In this document: positions 8,641-17,662 of the stretch, piece by piece | How positions within the stretch are numbered: position 1 is the first letter of the stretch | How the letters are laid out: each line of letters starts with the position of its first letter | Source of the DNA: Chloroflexota bacterium | GTDB lineage: Bacteria > Chloroflexota > Dormibacteria > Aeolococcales > Aeolococcaceae | Assembly: GCA_005879785.1 (NCBI GenBank) | Contig: VBJV01000045.1 | Location: 1-46,326 of the forward strand | Length of the DNA stretch: 46,326 bases | Reading direction: 5' to 3' | Program-made: the position numbers and the translations under genes | Notes under the pieces: model-generated | What the model was told of the DNA's origin: nothing | The model's database searches: none | What the model saw: the letters and a program-made list of their open reading frames with translations, nothing else

Positions 8641-10722
8641 ATGACGACGCCAACGCCTGATCGGATCCGCAATGTTGCTGTCGTGGGTCACAGCCACGAC
8701 GGCAAGACCACGCTCTGTGAAGCGCTGCTGCACACGGCGGGAGCGACGCAGCGCATGGGTTCGACCGACCAGGGCACCTCACTGTTCGATCACGAGCCCG
8801 AGGAGCAGCGGCGCTCGATCAGCATCATCGCCGCCGTCGCCCACTGCGACTGGAACGGGACGCGCGTCAACCTGATCGACGCGCCGGGCTTCCAGGACTT
8901 CGCCGGCGAAGTGGCTCAGGCACTGAGCGCGGCGGACGGCGCGCTCCTGGTGATCTCGGCGACGGGCACGGTGCCGGTGGGCGCGGAATTGGCCTGGGAG
9001 ATGATCCGCGCGGCCGGCCTGCCCGCGGTCATCGTCGTCAACAAGATGGACAAGGAGAACGCGGCGTACGAGGCGACCGTGGATGCGCTGCGCGACGCCT
9101 TCGGCCGCAAGCCCATCGCCGTGGCCGTGCCGCTCGGAGCGGCCGAGGCCTTCAGCGGCTATGTCGACCTGGTGGACGATCGCGGGTACACGTTCGACGA
9201 TCGTGGCCGCGCCAGGGAGACGCCCGTGCCCGAGGCCATGACTGCCGAGATCGAGCGCGCGCACTCGGCGCTCATCGACGCCGCCGCGGAGTCCGATGAC
9301 GCGCTGCTCGAGAAGTACCTGGAGGGAACCGAGCTGACCGACGACGAGGTGCGCGCCGCCCTGCATGCCGCGACGGCGAACGGCATGCTCGTGCCCGTCG
9401 TGTGCGCGGCGGCGAGCAGCGAGCAGGGCGCCGCGCTGTTGCTCGATTCGCTGGTGCGATACCTGCCGGCGCCCGCGGAACGGGTGCACAAGGGTGTCGA
9501 CGCCAAGGGCAACGAGGCGGAGATTGCATGTGATCCGGCCGGGAAGCTCTGCGCGCAGGTGTTCAAGACCACCGTCGACACGTTCGGCAAGGTCTCGTAC
9601 TTCAAGGTCCTGCGCGGGTCCATGCGCGGCGACAGCCATCCGGTGACCGTCCGCCTCGGCGTCGAGGAACGTTTCGCGCAGCTCGGCCAGCCCAACGGCA
9701 AGGCGATCGTCACCGTGCCCGAGGTGATCGCCGGCGACATCGGCGTGGTCACCAAGCTGACGCACACGGAGACGGGCGACACGCTGTGCGCGAAGGACGC
9801 GCCGATCACGCAGCCGCCGATCGTTCCCCCGCCGGCGTCGTACGCCGCTGCCATCGTGGCCAGAAGCAAGGGCGATGAGGACAAGATCACGAGTGGCCTG
9901 AGCCGCCTGGCCGAGGAGGACATCGCGTTCACCGCGGACCGCGATCCCGTCACCAACGAGGTGCTCGTCCACGGACTGGGTGACGTGCACCTCGACGTTG
10001 CGCTGGAGCGCCTCAAGCGCAAGTACGGCGTCGACGCCACGCTGCAGCCACCGCGCATCCCATACCGCGAGACCATCACGGGCACCGCGCGCGTGGCGCA
10101 CAAGTACAAGAAGCAGTCGGGCGGCGCGGGTCTCTACGGCGACGCCACCATCGAGATCGAGCCGCTACCCCGCGGTGGTGGCTACGAGTGGCAGGACAAG
10201 ATCTTCGGCGGCTCCATCCCGCAACAGTTCAGGCCGTCGGTGGAGAAGGGTGTGCGCCAGACCATCGAGCACGGTGCGGTGAGCGGGCATCCGATCGTCG
10301 ACGTCAAGGTCCGGCTGGTCGACGGCTCGACGCATCCCGTGGACGGCAAGGACATCGCGTTTCAGCTGGCCGGAGCCATGGCCATGCGTGAGGCCGTGCA
10401 GAAAGCCAGCCCGGTGCTGCTCGAACCGATCATGGACGTCAAGGTCGTTGTTCCCGAACGGTTCACCGGCGACGTGATGGGGCTGCTCAACTCCAAGCGC
10501 GGCCGGGTTGCCGGGATGAACCCGCTCGGTGACGGCCGCGCCGAGGTCGGCGCCCTGTTGCCGCAGTCTGAGATGTACACGTTCCCGATCGAGCTCCGCG
10601 CCATGACGCAGGGCCGTGGCCGCTACTCCATGACCTTCTCCAACTACGAGGAGGTGCCGGCGCACGTGGCGCAGAAGCTCATCGAGGCGCACGCCAAGGA
10701 GCACGCCACCGCCGCGGTGTGA
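8641..10722 (+). CDS. elongation factor G family GTPase (EF-G paralog)
   Basis: G1 GHSHDGKT, G3 DAPGF, and G4 NKMD are present, and domains II-V are recognisable through to the C-terminus. ATG 8641 has GGAG 8 nt upstream; the alternative start is 8608. Confidence 0.85.
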   Translation: MTTPTPDRIRNVAVVGHSHDGKTTLCEALLHTAGATQRMGSTDQGTSLFDHEPEEQRRSISIIAAVAHCDWNGTRVNLIDAPGFQDFAGEVAQALSAADGALLVISATGTVPVGAELAWEMIRAAGLPAVIVVNKMDKENAAYEATVDALRDAFGRKPIAVAVPLGAAEAFSGYVDLVDDRGYTFDDRGRARETPVPEAMTAEIERAHSALIDAAAESDDALLEKYLEGTELTDDEVRAALHAATANGMLVPVVCAAASSEQGAALLLDSLVRYLPAPAERVHKGVDAKGNEAEIACDPAGKLCAQVFKTTVDTFGKVSYFKVLRGSMRGDSHPVTVRLGVEERFAQLGQPNGKAIVTVPEVIAGDIGVVTKLTHTETGDTLCAKDAPITQPPIVPPPASYAAAIVARSKGDEDKITSGLSRLAEEDIAFTADRDPVTNEVLVHGLGDVHLDVALERLKRKYGVDATLQPPRIPYRETITGTARVAHKYKKQSGGAGLYGDATIEIEPLPRGGGYEWQDKIFGGSIPQQFRPSVEKGVRQTIEHGAVSGHPIVDVKVRLVDGSTHPVDGKDIAFQLAGAMAMREAVQKASPVLLEPIMDVKVVVPERFTGDVMGLLNSKRGRVAGMNPLGDGRAEVGALLPQSEMYTFPIELRAMTQGRGRYSMTFSNYEEVPAHVAQKLIEAHAKEHATAAV

Positions 10723-10780
10723 CATTCGATGCACACTGCAGTGAGCATCACAGACCCCGCTTTCGACGGAGGGACGGCCC

Positions 10781-11500
10781 GTGGGTGAGATGGTCGAATT
10801 TCCGAGCAACGGACACACCAGCGCCGGCTACCTGGCCACGCCGAGCAGCGGCCGTGGCCCGGGCGTGATCGTCATCCAGGAGTACTGGGGGCTGGTGGAG
10901 CACATCCGCGATGTCTGCGATCGGTTCGCTGCCGACGGCTTCGTGGCGCTCGCGCCCGATCTCTACCACGGCACCACGGTGTCGCTGCGCGAGCCCGACG
11001 AGGCAGGCAAGCAGCTGATGGCGCTGCAGCTCGACGTGGCTGCCCGAGAAATGCTCGGCGCTGCCCGCTGGCTGGCAGACAGCGAGCGGACCGCCGGTGA
11101 TGAGGTGGGCATCACGGGGTTCTGCCTCGGCGGCGCGCTGGCACTCCATGCTGCGTCGCTCAGCGAGGTGTTCGGCGCCGTCGTGCCCTTCTATCCGTAC
11201 CTGCCCTACTTCAAGGCGACCGGCCAGCCGCAGACGGATTACACGCGGATCCGCGGCGCGGTCCTCGGCCACTTCGCCAGCAACGACGGGGCCTACACGA
11301 AGGAGCAGGTCCAGGAGCTGGAGACGCAGCTCCGCGACGCCGGGCTGATCGTTGAGCTCTTCTGGTACGAGGGGGCCGACCACGCCTTCTTCAACGACGA
11401 CCGCCCCGAGGTGTACAAACCGGAGGCGGCCCAGCTGGCCTGGGACCGGACGGTGGCCTTTTTTCGGACTCACCTGGCCACGACGGCGGCCCCGGTCTGA
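10781..11500 (+). CDS. dienelactone hydrolase family protein
   Basis: GVIVIQEYWGL, the nucleophile elbow GFCLGG, and a C-terminal DHAF motif. GTG start with GGAGGG 7 nt upstream. Confidence 0.85.
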   Translation: MGEMVEFPSNGHTSAGYLATPSSGRGPGVIVIQEYWGLVEHIRDVCDRFAADGFVALAPDLYHGTTVSLREPDEAGKQLMALQLDVAAREMLGAARWLADSERTAGDEVGITGFCLGGALALHAASLSEVFGAVVPFYPYLPYFKATGQPQTDYTRIRGAVLGHFASNDGAYTKEQVQELETQLRDAGLIVELFWYEGADHAFFNDDRPEVYKPEAAQLAWDRTVAFFRTHLATTAAPV

Positions 11501-11598
11501 ATTCAGCTCCAATTCAGCCAGGGTGTGGTTAGAATGCCCCCAACCTCGCCGGGGGGCAGCGCCCGCCGACCTGAAACCCACCACCCAGAGGAGCTGAC

Positions 11599-11742
11599 AT
11601 GGCCACCGGCTACTGCCTGAAATGCAAAACCCAACGAGATATCAAAGACGCCCAGTCCATCACGATGAAGAACGGCAAGCCCGCCGTCACCGGGACCTGC
11701 CCTGTGTGCGGGACCAAGATCTTCAAGATCGGTAAGGGCTAG
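11599..11742 (+). CDS. small zinc-ribbon protein (DUF5679-like), 47 aa
   Basis: Below the ORF-track length cut-off. Reads MATGYCLKCKTQRDIKDAQSITMKNGKPAVTGTCPVCGTKIFKIGKG, with CxxC...CxxC spacing. GAGGAG lies upstream and the third-position bias is good. Confidence 0.75.
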   Translation: MATGYCLKCKTQRDIKDAQSITMKNGKPAVTGTCPVCGTKIFKIGKG

Positions 11743-11781
11743 GCCGCGCCCCTCTCGAGGCTCGGCGCGCGCCGGGTCGTC

Positions 11782-12255
11782 TTGGCGGTCGCCCTGGCCT
11801 CGGCCGCCGTGCTGCCGGCGGAGCACGGGGTGTCGGCCGGCGGCAGCCCGCCGGTCAAGCCGCGGCAGCATTTCACGGCCGGCATCAACGGGTCGCCTGG
11901 CGTCCCCAACCCGGCCACGATCCTGATGGCCTGCTTCGGGCCGATCCTGCCCGGGCAGACCGGCCATCCGTTCGGCGGCCAGACCATCGCTGTCCGCAAG
12001 GTCACCCGCAAGACGCCGGGCGCCGGCTACACCGGCACCCGGGCCACATCCATCGGCGGGTTCTTCGGCCTCCCGCCGCCGGCTGCGCCTCCTGCCTCCA
12101 CGTTCGTGAGCTTCATCCGCTACGGGCAGCAGGAGATTCCGACCAGCCTGGTGCTCCCGTGCGCCGGGCCGGGCCAGGTCACCTTCATCGGGTTGCCGCT
12201 GGACCCGTCCGAGCGCGACGTGGCCGTGCCGGTGGTCTTCGTCGGCCAGCCGTAG
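11782..12255 (+). CDS. hypothetical secreted protein
   Basis: The frame opens immediately after the preceding stop. It has a hydrophobic N-terminus (AVALASAAVLPA) and strong third-position bias. The TTG start is uncertain, and the 310-aa antisense ORF is judged a shadow. Confidence 0.5.
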   Translation: MAVALASAAVLPAEHGVSAGGSPPVKPRQHFTAGINGSPGVPNPATILMACFGPILPGQTGHPFGGQTIAVRKVTRKTPGAGYTGTRATSIGGFFGLPPPAAPPASTFVSFIRYGQQEIPTSLVLPCAGPGQVTFIGLPLDPSERDVAVPVVFVGQP

Positions 12256-12410
12256 CTGAGCGCCCCGCTTCGTCGAGTTCGGACGCGCTCGAAGGGTATG
12301 GCGTGTTTGATCCGTTACACATATAGTCGTTGTGTTGCCGCGCGGACGGAGCCGGGGAGGCCGTGACGGCACGGAGATAGGAAGGGCGGGCGCGAGGAAG
12401 GGGGGCGCAG

Positions 12411-13271
12411 GTGAGGGGAGGAATCGGCCGGGCACCGGACGCAGCAGCCATGCGCGAGGCGCGCACGAGTGTCGTCATCCCGATGCTGAACGAGGCGCGC
12501 AACCTGCCGCACGTTCTGCCCAGGGTCCCCGAGGCGGCGTTCGAGGTCATCCTCGTCGACGGCGGCTCGCGCGATGCCAGCTGCCGCGAGGCGCGCCGCC
12601 TGCTGCCGGACGTGCGCGTGATTCCGCAGACCCGTCGCGGCAAGGGCAATGCGCTCGAGTGCGGTTTTCGCGCAGCCCGCGGCGACGTCATCGTCTTCCT
12701 CGACGCGGACGGGTCCACCGATCCGGCTGAGATTCCGACGTTCGTCGCTGCATTGCTCGACGGCGCGGACTTCGCCAAGGGATCGCGCTTCATGCGCGGC
12801 GGTGGCAGCAGCGACATCACGCCGCTGCGGCGCCAGGGCAACCGGGTGCTGTGCGGGATCGTCAATGGGCTGTACGGCACCTCGTACACCGACCTCTGCT
12901 ATGGCTACAACGCGTTCTGGCGCAGCCTGCTGCCCGCGCTGGGTGTCGCAGACGACCCGCGCGCGGCGGCCGCGACGGCGCCGTGGGGCGACGGCTTCGA
13001 GGTGGAGACGCTCATCAACGTGCGCGTCGCGAACTCGGGCCTCAAGGTCGTCGAGGTCCCCAGCATGGAATACGAACGCATTCATGGCGTCAGCAACCTG
13101 AACGCCGTCCGCGACGGCCTGCGCGTCCTCGGCGTCATCGCTCAGGAGCACCGCCGGCGCGCGGCTGCGCGCAGCTCGGCGGCGCCCATGTTCGCGGTCG
13201 ACACGACACCTCACGCATGCGTCGAGCATCTCTCGGTCCCATGCACGTGCATGGCGACAGCGGCGGCATGA
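12411..13271 (+). CDS. family 2 glycosyltransferase (dolichyl/polyprenyl-phosphate sugar transferase-like)
   Basis: SVVIPMLNE, VILVDGGSRD, and the DxD motif in FLDADGS. GTG 12411 is preceded by GAAGGGGGG; the alternative start is ATG 12450. Confidence 0.85.
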   Translation: MRGGIGRAPDAAAMREARTSVVIPMLNEARNLPHVLPRVPEAAFEVILVDGGSRDASCREARRLLPDVRVIPQTRRGKGNALECGFRAARGDVIVFLDADGSTDPAEIPTFVAALLDGADFAKGSRFMRGGGSSDITPLRRQGNRVLCGIVNGLYGTSYTDLCYGYNAFWRSLLPALGVADDPRAAAATAPWGDGFEVETLINVRVANSGLKVVEVPSMEYERIHGVSNLNAVRDGLRVLGVIAQEHRRRAAARSSAAPMFAVDTTPHACVEHLSVPCTCMATAAA

Positions 13272-14254
13272 GCGCATCGGTCGCACTCGCGACTCGCATC
13301 GATGCGGAGCCGCCATCGGTCTCCGTCGTCATCTGCACGCACAGCGAGCGCCGCTGGACGCTGTTGTGTGATGCCGTCGCATCGATCGAGCACCAGAGCC
13401 ATCCCGCGGACGAGATCATCGTCGTCGTCGACCACAACCCGGCGCTGCTGCGCCGCGCTCGGGGGGCGTTCGCGTCCGCGCTGGTGGTGGCCAACGACGA
13501 GAGCGCCGGTCTGGCCGGAGCGCGCAACACGGCGTTGCGGTCGGCGAGTCGCGACGTCGTCGTGTTCATCGACGACGATGCCGTCGCAGATCGCCGGTTG
13601 CTGCAGCGGCTCCTCGAGCCGTATGCGGAGCCTCACGTGCTCGGGACCGGCGGCGCCGCGGTGCCGCTCTGGCCGGCCGCGCGGCCGCGCTGGTTCCCCG
13701 CCGAGTTCGACTGGGTGGTCGGCTGCAGCTACACCGGCATGCCGCTGACCACGGCACGCGTGCGCAATCCGATCGGCGCCTGCATGTCATTCCGCAGATC
13801 GGCGTTCGAGCGAGCCGGCACGTTCAGCAACGGCCTGGGCCGGTCCGGCGCCGACCGGATGGGCTGCGAGGAGACCGAGTTCTCGATCCGCCTGCAGCGC
13901 AGCGTGCCGGACGGTGTGCTCCTCTACGTGCCGGGCGCGAGCGTGCAGCACCGCGTCGATCCCGACCGCGCCCGCTGGCGATATTTCGTCGGTCGCTGCT
14001 ACGCGGAGGGGCGTTCCAAAGCGCTCGTATCCAGCGCAGTCGGCAAGCACGATGCGCTGTCCAGCGAGTGGGCGTACGTGACCAGGGTCCTTCCGAGCGC
14101 TGTGATGCGCGGCGTCAGGCAGGCGCTGTCGGGTGAGCTGAGCGGCCTGCTGCGCGCTGCTGCAATCGGCGCGGGGCTTGCGGCGACCGCCACCGGCTAC
14201 GCCGCCTCATCGCTGTCGCCGCGGCATGCGAGGAGCTCCGATGGCGGTCGCTAG
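13268..14254 (+). CDS. family 2 glycosyltransferase
   Basis: SVVICTHSER, IIVVVDHNP, and FIDDDAV (DxD). ATG 13268 overlaps the upstream stop (ATGA). Confidence 0.85.
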   Translation: MSASVALATRIDAEPPSVSVVICTHSERRWTLLCDAVASIEHQSHPADEIIVVVDHNPALLRRARGAFASALVVANDESAGLAGARNTALRSASRDVVVFIDDDAVADRRLLQRLLEPYAEPHVLGTGGAAVPLWPAARPRWFPAEFDWVVGCSYTGMPLTTARVRNPIGACMSFRRSAFERAGTFSNGLGRSGADRMGCEETEFSIRLQRSVPDGVLLYVPGASVQHRVDPDRARWRYFVGRCYAEGRSKALVSSAVGKHDALSSEWAYVTRVLPSAVMRGVRQALSGELSGLLRAAAIGAGLAATATGYAASSLSPRHARSSDGGR

Positions 14255-15056
14255 CTGCCCCGAGCGCACCCGCATCGCACCGCCGCGCGAGGCGATCCAC
14301 GTCATCCCGATCCTCATGTATCACTCGATCGCCGAGCAGAGCGAACCGTACCTGCGTCGCTGGACGGTGACGCCCGATGCCTTCCTCGAGCACGTCACCG
14401 CCATGGTCGAGTCGCGTCGCACACCGCTCACCATCACCCAACTCGCCGAGGCGCTGCGCGGCGCGCGCCCGCTGCCGGCGCGCCCGATGGCGATCACCTT
14501 CGACGACGGCTACCGCGACACGATCGCGGCTGCGAGCATGCTCGCCGGCTGCGAGATCGCGTCGACGACATACATCACGACGGGTTTCCTCGACCGCGCC
14601 GGCATGCTGACCACGGCGGACGTCGGCGAGCTGAGCAGCTGCGGGCCGCTCATCGAGGTCGGCGCCCACGGCATCAGCCATCGCCGGATGGACGAGCTGG
14701 CGGACGACGAGCTCCGCGCCGAGGCATCCGGCTCGCGCTCGGTGCTCGAGGAGATTGCCCAGGCGCGCACGCTGTCGTTCGCATATCCGCACGGCAGTCA
14801 CGACCACCGGTCCGTGGCCGCAGTGCGCGACGCGGGGTACACCTCCGCGGTCGCGGTGAAGAACGCGCTTTCCCACAGCGGCGACGACGTGTTCGCGCTG
14901 GCGCGAGTGACCATCGAGGCGCACACCTCCACGGCCACGGTGCGCGCCGCGCTCGACGGCACATTGCGGATGGCGCCGCGCGGCGAGCTGTGGCGCACGC
15001 GAGGGTACCGGCAGCTCCGGCGCTGGCGGCGCGCCGCAAGGTCCCGGTCCTCATGA
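14241..15056 (+). CDS. polysaccharide deacetylase (NodB/CE4 family)
   Basis: ILMYHSI, the NodB motif ITFDDGYRD, and HGISH. AGGAG lies 5 nt upstream of ATG 14241. It overlaps the upstream gene by 14 nt. Confidence 0.85.
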   Translation: MAVASCPERTRIAPPREAIHVIPILMYHSIAEQSEPYLRRWTVTPDAFLEHVTAMVESRRTPLTITQLAEALRGARPLPARPMAITFDDGYRDTIAAASMLAGCEIASTTYITTGFLDRAGMLTTADVGELSSCGPLIEVGAHGISHRRMDELADDELRAEASGSRSVLEEIAQARTLSFAYPHGSHDHRSVAAVRDAGYTSAVAVKNALSHSGDDVFALARVTIEAHTSTATVRAALDGTLRMAPRGELWRTRGYRQLRRWRRAARSRSS

Positions 15057-16345
15057 GTCAGAGCCCCGTCCTCGTCCGCCAGCTCGAGCTCACCGCGGGC
15101 AGCACGCACGTCGCGGTGCCCCAGCGTCTCGGCGGACTGCAGTACCGCTCGTTGCAGCTGCTGGTGCGCCTGCACCGCCAGCCGCTGGGGATGATCAGCA
15201 CGGGCCTGCCCAGCGGCGGCCTCGACAGCGCGCAGCTCTCGGCGATGATCTGGGAGCACTTCGGCGACGACATCGCCGAGCATATGCGCGCGGACGGCAT
15301 GCCCCGTCCCTCCGGGCTGCCGCTGGACGGCCGCTTCGCCACCCGGCTGGCGCCCTGCCGGCACGAGGCGCGACGCGAGAGTGGCGGCCTTGCCGACGTG
15401 AGCGTGGTGGTGCCGACGTGCAACCGCACGCGCACGCTGATCCCCTGTCTGCAAACGATCCTCGCGTCGAGCACCCCGCCGCGCGAGGTGATCGTCGTCG
15501 AGAACCGGCCGGCATCGTCACAAACAGCGGCGGCGCTCGAGGCGGCGTTCCCCGGGGAGGCGCGCATCCGCTATCTCGAGGAGCCCAAGCCCGGCACGTC
15601 ACGCGCGCGCAACCGCGGCCTGGCGAACGCCCGCGGAGCGATCGTCGCCTTCGTCGACGACGACGTGCTGGTCGACCGTCACTGGCTCGCTCATCTCGCG
15701 CTGGCGTTCGTGGAGCAGCCGCTGGCGTCATGTGTGACCGGTCTCATCCTCCCGCTCGAGCTGGAGACACCGGCACAGCTCTGGCTGGAGCAGTACGGCG
15801 GGTTTGCCAAGGGCTATCGCCGTGTCGTGTTCGATCACACCCGCCGCACCGTGGACCCGCTCTTCCCGTACACCGCCGGCCGTTTCGGGTCCGGCGCGAA
15901 CATGGCGCTGCGCACGCGCGTGGCCCGCGACATCGGTGGGTTCGACGTCGCGCTCGGAGGTGGGACAAGCGCATCCGGCGGTGAGGACCTCGACGTCTTC
16001 CTGCGCCTGATGCTGCGCGGCCACACCCTGGTCTACGAGCCTTCGGCGCTGCTCTGGCACCGGCACCACACCTCGGTCCCGGAGCTGCGCTACCAGCTGC
16101 TGCATTACGGCAGGGGTCTCGGCGCGCTGCTCGCCAAACAGCTGGCCGGCACGCAGCGGCGTGACTTTCTCGGCCGCGTGCCGGTCGGGCTGCGCTACCT
16201 CCTCGATCCGGCCTCGCCGAAGAATGCCAGGCGGCAGAATGACTATCCGCGCCAGCTGGCGCTGCTGGAGCTGGTCGGCCTGCTCACCGGCCCGAGTGCC
16301 TACTTCGTCAGCCGGCGTGCGTCGCGAGCGCTGACGGCGCGATGA
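15053..16345 (+). CDS. family 2 glycosyltransferase
   Basis: SVVVPTCNRT, VIVVENRP, FVDDDVLV, and a later GGEDLD motif. ATG 15053 overlaps the upstream stop (ATGA). Confidence 0.85.
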   Translation: MSQSPVLVRQLELTAGSTHVAVPQRLGGLQYRSLQLLVRLHRQPLGMISTGLPSGGLDSAQLSAMIWEHFGDDIAEHMRADGMPRPSGLPLDGRFATRLAPCRHEARRESGGLADVSVVVPTCNRTRTLIPCLQTILASSTPPREVIVVENRPASSQTAAALEAAFPGEARIRYLEEPKPGTSRARNRGLANARGAIVAFVDDDVLVDRHWLAHLALAFVEQPLASCVTGLILPLELETPAQLWLEQYGGFAKGYRRVVFDHTRRTVDPLFPYTAGRFGSGANMALRTRVARDIGGFDVALGGGTSASGGEDLDVFLRLMLRGHTLVYEPSALLWHRHHTSVPELRYQLLHYGRGLGALLAKQLAGTQRRDFLGRVPVGLRYLLDPASPKNARRQNDYPRQLALLELVGLLTGPSAYFVSRRASRALTAR

Positions 16346-17662
16346 CCCTGCCCAGGCCGCTCAACACGCGCGTGCAGCAGGCTCTGGCCGAGCCGCTGTC
16401 GCGAAGCGCCTACAGCCTCATGGCCAACGTGGTGCTGACGTCGATTCTCGGCCTGGCCTTCTGGCTGGTGGCAGCCAGGCTGGCACCGCCGGTGGAGCTC
16501 GGACAGGACAGCGCGCTGATCGCGGTGCTGATGGTGCTGACCGTTGTGTGCCAGCTCGACCTGGGCACCGTGCTGACGCGCTTTCTCCCGGTGACGCGAC
16601 GGAGAAGCGCGCTCATGGTCGCCGCGGCGTATGCGATCAGCCTGGCGGCTTCGCTGCTCGTCGCGGTGGCCTTTGTGATCGTCGCGCCGGCGCGACGATC
16701 ACAAAGGCCACATGTCGTTGTGGGCGGTGTTCGCCCTGCAGGACTACGTGCTCACCGCGCTGCATCGTGCGCCGTGGGTTCCCGCCGAGAACGCCGGTTA
16801 CGGTCTGCTCAAGCTCGCCGCCCTGCCCGTGCTGATCGCCGCCGGTTTCGGCCATGCGGTCTTCGTGGCGTGGGTCGGCCCCGTCGTCGTGCTCGTGATC
16901 GTGGTCAACATCCTGCTCTTCCGGAGGGTCATCCCCGCACACGAGCGGTCGCCGCGCGAGTCCGCCGGCCACGCTCCACTGCGCGGCGCTCCCCTGCTGA
17001 GGTTTGTGATCCCCGACTACCTCGCCACCATCTTCAACCAGCTCACCACGTGGCTGCTGCCCGTTCTCGTCGTGGTCATGCTCGGCAGCCAGGCGAACGC
17101 GTACTTCTACATCGCCTTCACCGTCGTCACCGCGTTCAACCTCCTCTTCGTCAACGTGAGCACGTCGCTCATGGTGGAAGGAGTCATGGACGAGCGCAGG
17201 CTGGCCGCGCTGACCAGGCAGGTGGCGCGGCGTTTCCTGCTCTGGCTGGTGCTCGGCGGCGTCGTGCTCTACGCGGCCGCTCCGCTGATACTCGCTCCCT
17301 TCGGTCCCGAGTACGCCACCGGCGCCGGAGGCGTGCTGCGCCTGCTGGTCATTGCGGGCGGCTTCAGAGCGGTGATCTCATTGTTCACGGCGATCGCGCG
17401 TGTGCGGCGCAGGACCGGCTGGCTGCTCGCCGCGTATGGCGGGCTGGCCGTGATCCTCCTGCCGCTGGCGGTGGTCCTGGCCAGGCCGATGGGCCTCGAC
17501 GGCGTCGCCCTGGCCTGGTTGATCGCACACGCCACGGTGGCCGTCGCGGTGCTCGTACCGATGCTGCGGCTGCTGCGCACGCCCGGCGACGCGCCGCAGG
17601 CCTGGTCGTCGCAGCCCGTGCCGCTGCTCGCTGCCACGGCGGTCGCGGCCGGGGATCGCTGA
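16342..17662 (+). pseudogene. Wzx-like polysaccharide flippase (MOP superfamily), reading frame interrupted at 16666-16711
   Basis: The N-terminal 108 codons are in frame 1 (from ATG 16342, overlapping the upstream stop). The C-terminal 316 codons are in frame 2 (16712-17662). Both halves are multi-TM and family-like (FALQDYVLTALHRAPWVPAEN). The frame-1 continuation past 16712 is Arg-rich nonsense. Confidence 0.7.
16666..16711. repeat. 46-bp perfect palindrome without spacer (23+23 nt)
   Basis: gtggcctttgtgatcgtcgcgcc (16666-16688) is the exact reverse complement of ggcgcgacgatcacaaaggccac (16689-16711). The flanking bases 16665 (g) and 16712 (a) do not extend the pairing. Confidence 0.95.

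Noticed and set aside
16666-16711. The 46-bp palindrome as a rho-independent terminator or attenuator
   Set aside because: It has no loop and no U-tract, and it lies inside a coding region in the middle of an overlap-coupled operon.
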